A stretch of DNA of 43,149 bases from Asterionella formosa (GCA_002256025.1 NKIB01014458.1:1-43149), one strand, 5' to 3'; shown: positions 23,303 to 35,511, counted from the stretch's first letter. Notes: generated by a model not told the origin, from the sequence alone. Made by a program: numbers and translations.

Positions 23303-25246
23303 TCACTTGTAAGCGATACTTCTGTTCGCCAAGCCATAGCTTACAGCCTTCTTCCAATAAATGTCGATATCGTCCAGATTTATTTCTCCTACTTCGTCTG
23401 TTTCCCTATGATCTGTTAAGTTTAAGAGGCAACCGGCGTGGCAAGGGTATATATGATTCTGATCGAGACTCATACATGTGTCAAAGGGGCCCTTCAGAAA
23501 GGCTTTAGGTGAATCCGTCATTTGCAGCAAACCGATTTGAATATGTTGGATCCATGTGCAATCTTTCACGTCAATGGGGATGAAAGGAACCGTGTAGTCC
23601 AAGATGAAGCGGGTCGCGCAACTCTTGGAGCTTCCTTTGAATGCCTTGGCATACAAATGCCCACTGTAGAATTTACCAACAACAACAACTTTGTAGTTAA
23701 CTATTTCCTGCATATCACTTGTGTACGAGACATTGGGAAGATCCATAGCGGCATAGCTGGAGAAAATACGAATTTTCAACTTGGGTCGTGCCATGAGTAG
23801 CAATTGGCACACGGCGGTTCCAACCTTTCCGTTGGCACCGATGAAGAAAAATTCTTCCAGATCGGGAATATTCATTATCTGTTGGAACACAGATGCTGTA
23901 GTCATCGTGTCACCAGTCCAGATGCGGATATTCTTGTCCTTGAGGAAAGGGTCTTGCTTGATGAGTTCGACAATGACAGACCCACCGTCATTGATCTGTT
24001 TCATTTTATTCAAATTCCCCAGACCAAAAAACCTAGTCCCACACCTTGTATTCTCCTCTCGGATTAACCGGATGATATCACGGTTAATCCCGTCATACTT
24101 CTTGGGTGAAAAGTAGTCCAAAGGAGTTCGGAGGACGCATATTACACGTGCAATGTACCGTTGTTTGACGAGGAAACGGGAGCAGGAGTAGCTGGTCATG
24201 AACAACCTTGTCAAGGAGCACACGATGTGCATGATATAGAACTCCAACTCAATCGGCAAACACGTGCGACGGTAGGAATCGTAGACGTTGTAAATTGAAA
24301 ATTCAGGACAGGTCAATAAATGTCCGATTCCAGCGTTGTGACCAACGAAAACGAAATCCTGCTGTTTTGGAGGTAACATCAGCTCATCTTTCTTCTTGTA
24401 TTCTCGGTATGTTCCAAAGAGGTGGTCCCAGATTGGCATGAAGAGCGAGTAGTTAGCATTGAAGTAAGCATGGTGGCCGAGGTGCGTCTCTGGGGTGTAG
24501 AATAAGTACCGAAGAGGAGAATATCGATGTGTAAATGCCCAATGTCGAACACGGATGTTCGTGTGCCCGAAGGCGTTGATAAGGTCGAAGCAAATCAAGT
24601 ATGCCCCAATGACTGCCCAATGTTGGTGACCACCAGTGAAGAATGGCACAAAAAAGGCGGGTCCAAAAGTGGCGATGTAAACGAAGTGTTCCTCAAAGTT
24701 CTGAACAAGCGATGTCGATGGAGTGGTGTTGATGGACAAGTGGTGAAAGCCATGCATGTACTTCATCTGGCGAGGAACATGAAGCCAGCGATGAACGGCA
24801 TAGTATAATGGCTCAACAAAGAGAACATGGCACCAAAATGTCTTGATAGCGCATGTGCTAATTGCTGTCGAGTCAGAGAAGAACATCCCCGGAAATACTA
24901 TCTGTAAAGCCACCTGTGTCCACATATGAAGCACACACCCAACAAGATAGTCATCTTTCTCTCGCTGGAGCTGTTTCTGAGGGATCCTGTTGTTGTAGTT
25001 ATCTTTATCTACGAAAATGTAATGGAGCGATAGGGTCAAATGGGTGGAAATTATACGTAGGATGCCAATGAGAAAGATTGGGAAAACAGGAGTAAAGTAG
25101 CAGAACAGCAATGGCGCCAAGAAGAACAGAACATCATAATCGGTGTTTCGCTTCGTCGCTGAGTGTGTTGGAATGAATGTTTGGGACTTGATCTCGGCTG
25201 TTGGTGCCGTCGGGTCGCTGAGATTCGCTTTTGGTGGCCTGCACAT
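23303..25246 (-). CDS. CER1/3: CER1/CER3-like protein: N-terminal fatty-acid-hydroxylase (His-box) membrane domain + C-terminal WAX2/acyl-reductase-like domain
   Basis: YYAVHRWLH, HGFHH, DLINAFGHTN, YTPETHLGHH and NYSLFMPIWDHLFGT, then LGNLNK...NDGG, TGDTMTTA, IGANGKVG and YPCHAG. Same order and spacing as plant CER1/CER3. Intronless, 647 aa. Confidence 0.9.
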   Translation of the reverse strand: MCRPPKANLSDPTAPTAEIKSQTFIPTHSATKRNTDYDVLFFLAPLLFCYFTPVFPIFLIGILRIISTHLTLSLHYIFVDKDNYNNRIPQKQLQREKDDYLVGCVLHMWTQVALQIVFPGMFFSDSTAISTCAIKTFWCHVLFVEPLYYAVHRWLHVPRQMKYMHGFHHLSINTTPSTSLVQNFEEHFVYIATFGPAFFVPFFTGGHQHWAVIGAYLICFDLINAFGHTNIRVRHWAFTHRYSPLRYLFYTPETHLGHHAYFNANYSLFMPIWDHLFGTYREYKKKDELMLPPKQQDFVFVGHNAGIGHLLTCPEFSIYNVYDSYRRTCLPIELEFYIMHIVCSLTRLFMTSYSCSRFLVKQRYIARVICVLRTPLDYFSPKKYDGINRDIIRLIREENTRCGTRFFGLGNLNKMKQINDGGSVIVELIKQDPFLKDKNIRIWTGDTMTTASVFQQIMNIPDLEEFFFIGANGKVGTAVCQLLLMARPKLKIRIFSSYAAMDLPNVSYTSDMQEIVNYKVVVVGKFYSGHLYAKAFKGSSKSCATRFILDYTVPFIPIDVKDCTWIQHIQIGLLQMTDSPKAFLKGPFDTCMSLDQNHIYPCHAGCLLNLTDHRETDEVGEINLDDIDIYWKKAVSYGLANRSIAYK

Positions 25247-26630
25247 GGTTAACGCTTTGTTAGTCTCCCGCGCACAACAGCCAATTCACAAATTAGTGGG
25301 AGAGTTCTGTGCAAGGTCTATTACGTATGCGTAAGCGCACGAAAATGAGGTGGACGAAATGACGAGGTGGGAGTCCTCCCTATTATTCCACCAACACCAG
25401 CCATGTATTTTACATTCATCCAGCACGTAATCGTAGTCTGGTAAGTACCAGTACTCCTTTCATATATGAATTGTAAAAATGTGATTGGAGGGAGATCCTC
25501 TTCAACAGAAACGGAAGTGCGTATTCGTACGTACGTGTCGAAAAAATATGTAAATGCCGATATCTGATAAATACAGCTTGTTATGAAAGACTGGTATGTA
25601 GGAATAAACATACCGGTAGCAACCGTTTGGGTAGGCCACTATCGTGACGTACAGGTATGTAAACTGATTGATTACCCGGCAGGTAGGTGTTACTCCGTAC
25701 GTATTGTACCCTGGTACAAGGTACCACCCCTTGGATCCACGACAACGATCCACTCATCAGGAAGTGTTTTTACCGCGGTTTGCACACTATTTAGCGATGA
25801 GTCATCGCAAGGTCCTCCCAGCAGGCTCGGCCTACGGGTACCTGGTACTCCAGGGCACTGATACCTGGTATTACCAGGTCTTCCATTTGTACGATGGCAA
25901 ATGATGATTGCAATGGAGCATGGAGAAGTCGTCATTGACATCAGATGCATACAGTATACTGTAGTGTAAACAAGCAAGCAATCTACTGATGTTACGGGTA
26001 CAGCAATTAACTCAACAGCCATGTGAGCCGCAAACAACTCGTTATTATTGAGTACTTGAAGTAGTATTTTATTGAATGCTGAGGAAGGCGGAGTCCCACC
26101 AGGTAAACAGTAAAACTGCCCAGACTACCCCAGAAGACTAGTGGTATGGTAAAAACTTTTCTAGCACATAATTGATTTGCTTTACTTTGTTTGTTAATAG
26201 TTGCTTTTATAAGCAAGTGAGCTTACTAATGTAAATGTCCATTGAAATGTATAGTTTTGAAAATTCAAAGCTCATGAATGTTTCAAAATAGAGGTGATCT
26301 TAGGAGGCGAGCTTCTTTTTTGCTCTTCCTAACTTAACTGAGATTAAACTACATCTCCTTCCTAAATACACTGATTTCTTATCTTGACATGTCTCAACAA
26401 TAGTCCCAGATGTTGTTTGATCAAAGGCTGCTTACAGAATTCTTTTGATCAAACTATATTGTATTTATTTTCCTTCTTGACTGTTCCTAGATTAGGCGGA
26501 CATGTCTGCCATTTCTTGTGGTATTGTCTTATTGCTCGAATTTGACCTTGACTTGTTTGCAATGAATCTAGTACTAGCACATCGTCCCTCTAGCTATTCA
26601 AGAAGAATGACGAAGTGTGGACCTTATTCC

Positions 26631-26700
26631 AATCAAATTCAGAGTAAAACTTCGAATCAAATACAGAGTAGAACTTCCTATCGAATACAGAGTCAAGAAC
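26631..26700 (+). repeat. 24-bp tandem repeat, about 3 degenerate copies
   Basis: AATCAAATTCAGAGTAAAACTTCG / AATCAAATACAGAGTAGAACTTCC / TATCGAATACAGAGTCAAGAAC. Confidence 0.8.
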
Positions 26701-29227
26701 AATCAGAAGGAACTGGATGTTACCATGATGGACGTATTGCAGGACCTTGTTGAAGAAAACAAAGTATGTTAATTCATCGTGGACTGCAATCATTTATTGA
26801 TTTGGCCTCCTAGAGTCCATTAAGTAAGGTAGAGAGAATGTCTCCTGAAAGTTCATATCTCGACTGTTGAATTTAATACACTATCTTCAACCATGTGTTC
26901 TTGAATCAATCATCTAGTAGTTTGTGGCACATGTTGCTATTCAGGTCACTAGAGGCAGAAAATATGGGAATGCTCACAACGCAGGCATCTTTATGTATGT
27001 GTTTCAACTCAGTGCGGTTGTCTAAACAAAAGGGGGCAGTGACAATTGTCAACATCAGCAAGACTGTTGGGTTTTAATGGCGGTGTGATGGTGCTGTCCA
27101 CCAATCGGTGCCTGGTACCTGGTATTCCCTCTGGGCGAAAACAATTGCGTCAATCATTATAAATTTCTCTGGGGCGATTTTAAAAACTACGATTTTCTCC
27201 GGCGGATGTCCTAATGTGTGCATTGCATTTAATTACAGATACATGAATAATATATATGTAATTAATTTAAATTGGCAACTACATTTCAAAAAATATAGTC
27301 GCCTCTCCCGTGAAAACAAATGAAACATGATATGGCTATGCAGATTGATATCAATAAATGTCAACATGGATGTAAAACAACACTCGAATTTTAAATTACA
27401 AAGTTTTGTTTGATGCCTGTATGATATGATTGGAGTAAATTACACAAGTTTTGAAACAAACACAGCAGATCATGAAGTCCTGAGCTCGTGCAGCTGTGTA
27501 AAATAGCAAATCGCTAATTGCTTGGGAGCCAGCATTCTCAATTGATGGAATGAATGAAGAATCAATGGGAAATCCCATTCAAAAGAGAAAATGGGGCAAA
27601 GTGACCAGGTCTCTGTGGGTCTGAGATTGACAACAGGAACTTCTTTGAGGTGATTTGAACAAACAGAGCCACACCCATATTTTGTGGCTTGCAGCATTCA
27701 GCAGAAGAGAATTTGATGAACACCGAAGAATATAGAGATAGTAGAGGATGAACATTGTTGAAGCCTGCAGACTATTCATTTTGGGACCATTGTGGGGTGT
27801 TGACTGAAGAGCACATGCGTAAAAGTGGTGATTACCAAGGTGATTGCTGAGAGCATATGTCATTTGTCAACAGAAAATCGGCAGCCTCAAATCTTTGACA
27901 AATGAATTATGCTCAAGCTGTCTTTGAAGACAACAATTGCGTCAAGACATCTCACCTCAAAAAATGCTGCAGCAGTTAGATGACCAGATAGAATGTCCCT
28001 CTGGGCTGAGAATCAATTTGATGGATTCCCAAATGCTACATCAAATATGTTTGTTTAAGCAACAGGCAGGATCATGTGTAGTAGTCAAACTTGTTGAGAT
28101 CTCCAACTGCTGCACTGCCTTGCACTGAAGATACTGAATCTCACTATGCAGGTTATCATGAATAAATTGGACACTTTCGCAAACCGATGCCCACTGATGT
28201 TGTAGGACCCATGGTGACTCTAGAAATGATAATGATGCATCTGCATGTTTGTGAAGAATTGACTGCATCTTCAGCTGATAAATACCAGCTGCGCATGATC
28301 ATGCTGAGATGGGTCATTGTAAATGGCATCAACTCCAAGTAAATGCCACAAAGGAGATCTACAGGCTATGAAATGGACCCGGTGAGGATCTAGATAGAAT
28401 AAGGCAGTAGGAATTGTATCGAGGAATCGGTTGCCAGTCATCAAGGCCAGTGACAGTGACAACCGTAGTTTATTATTTTTGCAGGCCAAGCACAGTGCTT
28501 TAAACAGTTCATCAGTGCAATTGTTTCGATTAATTGTGAGAGCAGTTGGAAGGCAATCATTTGAAGCAGCATGACGCATCATGGAACTCAATGCATTACT
28601 AACTCCAGCATGTACAGATAATGGACAAGGAAAATCATACTTGACTTCTTAAAGTGCCAAATGTATTCATGAAATTTGTATATTAATTAATTCTAAAACG
28701 CCTTAAAAACTGATGAGCGCATCTCCATCCATCATAGAACCAACTTTGTGCACCCTAGGCTGGTTTTCGGATATATTGAGGGAGAGTTTGGATTGCACGA
28801 CATAGCTCCCCATATCGTGCAACCTTAGTCGATATGATAGACTAGGGCATGTTGAGTTTGTCAGCATACCGGTTGCCTGACCTATGTAACAGGTCAAGAT
28901 ACTTTGTTTTGTTTGTACTCATTTTCCGACATCTTGCGATAACTAAATACTGGAATAACTTTCCAACAGTTCACTAAGCCGGGCTTAGTGGTACTGCCGC
29001 TATGTTTAACAACATTCAGAGATTCACACAGCAGGACCCAGCCAAGTAACTTTCTATGGAGCTGTCGTCAGCATGCATATAATATTTTGTAACGCTGCTC
29101 TCAAGAGGGACATGAAAGTGCGGGTTATGGATTTGCGGTCACTAAAATACTCGTTTTTGATTCGTGATTCCGAGTCTTGCTCTGCGCCTCAATTGAAACT
29201 GTCGACCACTAATTGAGTTTATTCATT

Positions 29228-30652
29228 CTACTCGGCTTCTGGGGTATCTTCCGCCTTTTTCGTGGCAGCCTCGTCATCGTCCTTCTTTTTCTTCTCGGCC
29301 TCGGCGTTCGCCTTGATCTGAGCTTCGACAACTTCTCTCAAGATAGCCTTCCCTTCAGCTTCACGACCTGCCTTCTTCAAGGCAAAGGCCCTGGCGCGCT
29401 TGGCACCGTTGACCATACCGTTTCCATCTGTCTTACTTCCCTCTTCAGCTGTTAAATGATCATTGCCCAGCTGCTCGGCAATCTTAAACTGTTCATCAGC
29501 AAGCTCAAATTCACCATCACGGCTATGCGTGTTTCCAATGTTAATGTACAATGAATGACGTTCCCAGTCAACACGAGCACAACGGGGCTCATCTTCGAGG
29601 AGAGGAAAGATTAGTTCGTACGACGCTCGAGCCTCGTCTTGCTTGCCCATGGCTGCAAGAGCATTTCCTTTTTGCAACAAAGCCGAACGCTTGCACAACT
29701 GGGATACACGAAGTGGAAGGAGTTTCAACGTTGCTGCGTTAGCGAGTCCTGGAGTGGTGGCGTTCTTTTCAAACTTTGGGTCGACCGTTGGATGGTCCTC
29801 GGCCTGATAATTAGGATGGAGGTGAGAAATAATGGGCAATAAAAGGCGCAATCATAGTAAATCAGTATTCTACTATAGTGAACGCACCTCGATAGCGACT
29901 TCGTCACCATCCCAGAACCCTTCTCCAGCAATCTCAAGCGCTTTCTCTGCGCAGCGGAGAGCTTCTTCTGCTCCTTCTTTGCCAGTCAAAGCCAATTGTC
30001 GTTTGCAGAGCTCCGACAAAGAAAGACTAGCACAAGCCGGCTCTCTGAGCAAAAGACTGAGACGAAGCGCAGCCTTTGCCTGCGACAAACGATCCTTACG
30101 TTGCTGAAGGACTTCTGCGTCATCTTCGTCGGCAGCGCCATCCAGAAAGACTTCTGATGGTCCTTTATCTTCGGAATCATCGTCTTCTGAAAAGAGGAGC
30201 TGAGCCAAGCTAACCTTCTGCTCTCGTCTTGCCATCTTCGCCATGGGGCCCCTTGTTGCTCTAGGAAGGAGATCTGCCTTCAAGGCGGTGAAGTATTCGT
30301 TCTCACCCCGTCGACGTCGCTGGACACTGTCTTCCAAATCGATCAAGAGCGACAAATCCGCAACTCCGCCATCATCGTATCCGCTTCCATTCAGAATCTT
30401 GAAGCCGGTTCCGGGCAAGGCCGGTTCGTCCAGAGCTTTCGCGGAGCCGAGCTGTTTCACGGGATAACGACAAGGCTTCGTTAGACAGCAGATCTCCTAG
30501 TTGTTTGGCTTCTGCAATCGCATGCAGATGCGCTTGACCCGTAGACTTACCTCTTCTTCGACGGGAGGCGGAGGGGGAGGCAAATCCATCTTGTTGATCT
30601 TGCGGTCCATTGCCTTTGCAACACCGCTGGAGGATCTCGCTTTCTTTCCCAT
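29228..30652 (-). CDS. Uncharacterised helical-repeat (TPR-like) protein; 3 exons (30652-30551, 30496-29888, 29803-29228), 428 aa
   Basis: GT-AG splicing links MGKKARSS...[10 protein letters not shown] to the two track ORFs in frame (1287 nt). TPR-like segments: [67 protein letters not shown]. Confidence 0.8.
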
Positions 30653-31329
30653 GATGTGTGTTATGCTGAGTGGAGGAGAGCCAAGGGCGCTGATTTGCTT
30701 TGTCGCTTTTCCAATATATACGACAGCAACGAGTATTTTATATTTTTACTCTGCTGCCTTCTTGGTTGACACTTTACATTTAGCTACTACCTAGGTACCG
30801 TACAGTTACGCGTCGTTGCGCCCATCAGGAGATGCAATTTAAATAACGACGACAGATCGAAGGAAACCACCGTCGTCCGTACTCATGTGCGTACATGCAT
30901 TCCAAATTTATTTACCGGTAAACGTATATACGTGGCTTCCGAAGCATGGCGACAGCAGTGGCTGCAGGGTGTCACCACCGTTGAGAATGGTACCAAAAGT
31001 AGCTACCAACTACTAGGTACCAGGTCCCGTACCGGTTAGTCTCGTTGCGTAGAGGCAGTTGGGAAACAGCGGACTTACATCCACCTGGAGGCTGGTCCTG
31101 GGTCCTCTATTGACCAAAGAGAAAACACACCACCCACACCACAGCTACACAACCGTTATTTGTACGCACATTTCCGGTACGTACGTACACATGATAGCCG
31201 TCAGCAGGAGATAATTCACGCTCGCGGAGTGGTGCCAGGGTACCAGTACCAGGTAACCAAGTATTGCACATTACCCCTGGTAACAGGTACTATGCATGCT
31301 TCTACCCAGTTAATTTGTAATATCCCAGG

Positions 31330-31800
31330 TAAGTTTGAGCTGTCAATCAAGCCTCCTTCCTGCAAAACTTGCATTATCCCCTTTGCTTTTCCTTCCCAGC
31401 CTTCTTTTACTTTTGTAACTTGCCTTTTAGTTTCAATTGATCAATTGAATGCTGAGAGACACAGCCAATTTTTGAATCTTTTTTCTCCTTCGGCGTTGAC
31501 CCCTTTTGATTGGAGTGAAGAAACCAGTTCCGCCCAATTTGAGGTATTGATTTTGGAAGACCAGTTGGAATACCATGTCTGCAGGATTCTTGCTCAGCCT
31601 GTGTCATCGAAAATGGGCCAATATCGTGTGGTTGGATAGAAAAGCTATGAATTTTTTCAACCTGGCATTGTCTTGGATGGATTCCAAGGTATAGTACAGC
31701 ATCATTCTCAATTACCCCAGTGAAGTGAATTTCAGAATTCTTTCTTCCAATTATTTTGTTCATATCTAGTGCATTCAGTCCATCAGGTCACTGTAGCTCC
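31330..31800 (-). pseudogene. Tc1/mariner-IS630-like transposase fragment
   Basis: Reads Q*PDGLNALDMNK...DIGPFSM...*KEGWEGKAKGIMQVLQEGGLID. GW.GK.KG..Q.L.ERG.ID is a motif I recall from DDE_3-type elements of stramenopiles and fungi. Contains stops and a probable frameshift. Confidence 0.5.
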
Positions 31801-32124
31801 TCCATTCATTTAGAAATTCCTGATGGTTTCACACTGGCCCATTCATGTCAATTTTAATCTAATTTTTAAGAATGATTTTCTGAAAAAAATAGTTTCTGAA
31901 CCTTGCTACAATTGGGGTCATTTTCTATTGGGGTTTCCCCCCAATATCAATTCTGAATATCAAGATTACTTATTCCTGAAATATCCTTATTAACATGCAT
32001 TTCATGCTGCCGGTATCATATACAGAAGTGCAAAGATTGGCTGTGGTACATACAGGTATGCATCATTTGAACATACTGGTACCTGGTACACAGCATGCAT
32101 GATGCTCTATAGTATAGTATGACT

Positions 32125-32164
32125 ACTGGTACTGGTACTGGTACTGGTACTGGTACTGGTACTG
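32125..32164 (+). repeat. (ACTGGT)6 hexamer microsatellite
   Basis: Six perfect ACTGGT units at 32125-32160 plus a partial ACTG. Confidence 0.95.
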
Positions 32165-32880
32165 TACCAATATTGTATGAGTTCACCAGCAAACTGGTAC
32201 TTACTGTAGTAAATATGTATTCAGGTAAGAAGGCCGAGATGCTGAGATGTGGCCAGTGTATTCCACAATATCATCCTCCAGATCTGTAAGGATGGAATCT
32301 GATGTGTCAGTTTGGAATGTGGACTGGTTTGGGGGTGCAAGGTGTGGAAGCGGAGGAAGGAATGAGAATCTTTTTCTTGGGATTGGGGTTGTTAGGAGTG
32401 GCAACATTTTTGGTGTGGTGGTTGGTGGATGGGGTGTATCCACTGCTGCATTGAGATTGTTGGGGTTGGTTGTTTTGGTGGGTTAGAATTCCACCAAAGG
32501 GTCATTAGGGTTAGGAGAAGTATTTATACGATCATGCCACAAATGAAAGATAACCATTGTCTGAGCTGTCAGTGCATTTGTTCAAGTACTAGATCAGCAG
32601 GCGTTAATATCCGCGATGTCCAAATCGTCATCTCGGCGAATTTACCGCAACTTGTACCAACAAGGTCCAAATTTTGTAAATACAGAGTACCGGTACTGGG
32701 TACGAGCGAGAACCTAATAAGTCTACCACAATAGTCAACCTACTACAGATCCTTTACCAGATTACCGGTGGTCTTAGTCTGAATGGTCTCTTGGTTGCCT
32801 AAACTGAGTTTATGTTCTGCTCTCTGGACACTCCCAGTAGACCGGTTGCATATCATACTATACCCAAGTCCTTATCAGTT

Positions 32881-34587
32881 CTAGCTTGTAGAGCAAGTAC
32901 ACCGTTGTTCCACTCTCAAGTCAACCCCACCTTGTGGTAGCACGGTGAAACCTGCTTGCATATCCTTGAGCAAGTCCTGGGGATTGATTCCTTTCGTAAG
33001 TCTATCATCCACAAATCGATATTGCTGCAACAATCGAGCCAGAATAACTCGAAGGACCACGTGTGCCAATGGTTGTCCGACACAGTTTCGAGGACCTGCT
33101 GCAAATGGCATGTAGGCTCCGAGGGGCGGCGTACAGTGGAACCATCGCTCTGGATCAAACTCATTGGGTCGCTCCCATATTTCCGGATTCCGATGAAGGC
33201 TATAAATCCACACACAAGCCATGGCACCCTTGGGTAAGGTTACAGACGTTGTTGTGGTATCTTGGATAGTGATGGGGAATGGCAGGGCTCTAACCACCAA
33301 GGGTGCAACAGGATACAACCGCATCGCTTCTTTAAGGACTGCATCCAAGTAGATCCATTTGGATACTTCTTTTTTCGTCAAAAATGCGCCATCACTAGTA
33401 GTTCCTATGACCTCGGCAGCGGCTCGATCTTGAATGCCGGGATACAAAGATAACAAGTGCAAAGTCCAAGACAAGGTTGCTGCACTTGTGTCTTGTCCGG
33501 CAAACAACAACGTAATTGCTTCGTCCAAGATGTCCTTTGGTGTGGAATGACTCGGACGGTCCCTCAACATGGCTAGAGGTGATGAAGGTTTGGCCGAATC
33601 AATGGCTTGCTGTGCAAAGGCTCGAATAGGACCCATGGTGCGTTCTTCCTCTCTGTACATGGCGGAGCAAGTGCTGTAAATCCACCTCGGCAGCAAGAAC
33701 CAAAATGAACGAGATTGAGCAAGGATAATCATTCGAATGTGTGTAACTGATGTGAGGTATCGTTTCAGTATGCTGGATTTTGCTTCGTCTTCGTTTTTTG
33801 TTGATTGCGAGTTTTTAAGTGAGGACAACGACGAGACCGATGAGCTATCCAGAACATGCGCCAAGGCATCGTCCTGTGCAAGTGATACATCCTCTGGTCC
33901 ATTTTCCTGGTGTGTTATCAGCCTGTATATTAGACCAATAGTAGCTCGCTGGATTATTGGTACAATATTTAAAGCTTGCGTCTCACTTAGTTCGTTCATG
34001 ACTTGCTTGGCGGCTCGGTTGGCTTCTCGTTCCAGACGCAAGCTATTTTGTGATTTTGGGTTTGATATCCCCCGTAGGAGGCAGTGAATGACAGAAGCCC
34101 TCTTTTCTCGCCATGCCTCTCCATCTGCTGTAAACACTCCCTCTCCACTAAAGTTCTTAAAATGATTATATGCTGGTCGCTTTATTGCGCCACAGCAGGA
34201 CGAGGGTCGTTCACGTTGTCGTCGTTGGCCGTTCGTTTGCTGCTCACTAGCAGTTCCAATCAGGACAGCTCTGACCGGTGTGGGGTGAGCCATATGTACC
34301 ACAGCTGTGGAAATTCCGTATACAGTTCCATACATACCGAATGGCCCTTTCAATCGCCTCATCCGAGGCAGGATGCCAGTGATGGTGGATGGTGCCATTT
34401 TCGAAGCGTCGGCGTGGTTCCCAGGGTGATAGTTGACAAAGCGGGGCCTCCATGTCACGGTCGGTAACTGACGCAACTTGTATTTTGTGTGACTGTGCAC
34501 GGCTATTAGTGCTATTGTAATCAAGATGAGCAACACCATGGCCCAGTAGAGCCAGGGGTCGACCACAAGTTCCATCAACAGAACCAT
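32881..34587 (-). CDS. Cytochrome P450, membrane-anchored (CYP4/CYP97-clan-like motifs; family unassigned)
   Basis: N-terminal TM helix; GVFTADGEAWREKR (C helix), LFAGQDTS (I helix), EAMR (ExxR), FDPERW, and the heme motif PFAAGPRNCVG. Start placed at ATG 34587 (568 aa); the track begins at a TTG. Confidence 0.95.
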   Translation of the reverse strand: MVLLMELVVDPWLYWAMVLLILITIALIAVHSHTKYKLRQLPTVTWRPRFVNYHPGNHADASKMAPSTITGILPRMRRLKGPFGMYGTVYGISTAVVHMAHPTPVRAVLIGTASEQQTNGQRRQRERPSSCCGAIKRPAYNHFKNFSGEGVFTADGEAWREKRASVIHCLLRGISNPKSQNSLRLEREANRAAKQVMNELSETQALNIVPIIQRATIGLIYRLITHQENGPEDVSLAQDDALAHVLDSSSVSSLSSLKNSQSTKNEDEAKSSILKRYLTSVTHIRMIILAQSRSFWFLLPRWIYSTCSAMYREEERTMGPIRAFAQQAIDSAKPSSPLAMLRDRPSHSTPKDILDEAITLLFAGQDTSAATLSWTLHLLSLYPGIQDRAAAEVIGTTSDGAFLTKKEVSKWIYLDAVLKEAMRLYPVAPLVVRALPFPITIQDTTTTSVTLPKGAMACVWIYSLHRNPEIWERPNEFDPERWFHCTPPLGAYMPFAAGPRNCVGQPLAHVVLRVILARLLQQYRFVDDRLTKGINPQDLLKDMQAGFTVLPQGGVDLRVEQRCTCSTS

Positions 34588-34857
34588 GATAAAAATACAA
34601 GGCTTGGAACAAATGAGAAGCGGGACAAAGTGATTGGAACAATCGATTGTGACCAGCCAGAGTTTGCAATGAAATCTGGTGGTGATTAGCGATCTATTAG
34701 AATGTGACCTTCCTTCGGGTTTCAAACTCTTGGTTGTACCTGGATCAAATGAGCATGGGTGAAAGTTGATTCGATCAATAGATTAGTATATCATCGATCG
34801 GCATACATGTATGATTTGATGAAAACAAAGAATCGTAATCACTCAATTTGTTGACCT

Positions 34858-35395
34858 GTGGTACCATGGTACCAGGTACCAAGTGATTCCTGGTACCTGG
34901 TACTATACCACTCCACCTTCAGCCATTTCTTGTGTCACGTGTATTTAAGTAGTATGATGGAGGTATGCGCGCATGCATGCCCATCCGTGTACGTGGCGTA
35001 CCTATATACCCCGGAGAGCAGTATGCCAGTACATTATCTTTGTATACTATGTTACTACTGTATAGTTTGTACGCTGGATCGTCGTCCATTTCTTCGTCGA
35101 CGGTGATACCACCGCCTGCGCCCAGCACCAAGCTCTCCTGGTTACTCCTGGTATCAGGTACCGGTACCTGGTACAAGGTACCAATACTCTACCAGTAGCT
35201 ACGTAGCTATGGCCGTGCTACGGTGAATTTTCCTCGAGGACAATAAGGAATGCATGGCAGCATCATTGTACGTACCTCCACTAGTAGCAGGGACTGTACT
35301 GAAGAAACATTTTTTCTTTCTCATACAATGTGGGAACACCGCAAGATCCAAAAACTGTGTTAACTGCACTACCTGGTACCTGGTACCCTACGGGT
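34858..35395. repeat. TACC(W)GGTA / GGTACC motif clusters in the divergent P450-AKR intergenic region
   Basis: GGTACCATGGTACCAGGTACC (34860), CCTGGTACCTGGTAC, CAGGTACCGGTACCTGGTACAAGGTACC (about 35155), TACCTGGTACCTGGTACC (about 35370). Confidence 0.85.
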
Positions 35396-35511
35396 AGGCA
35401 GATCCAGCCATACATTCCAGTACACACAACCAACGAAGCACCAACAGCAAAGAACAAGAAATTAACAGTATTATCATCCAGCCTTCTTATCGTGAACGTC
35501 ACCAAGCAGCC

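Noticed and set aside
32506..32516. Telomere-like TTAGGGTTAGG (also about 13965)
   Set aside because: Fewer than two full units; expected by chance.
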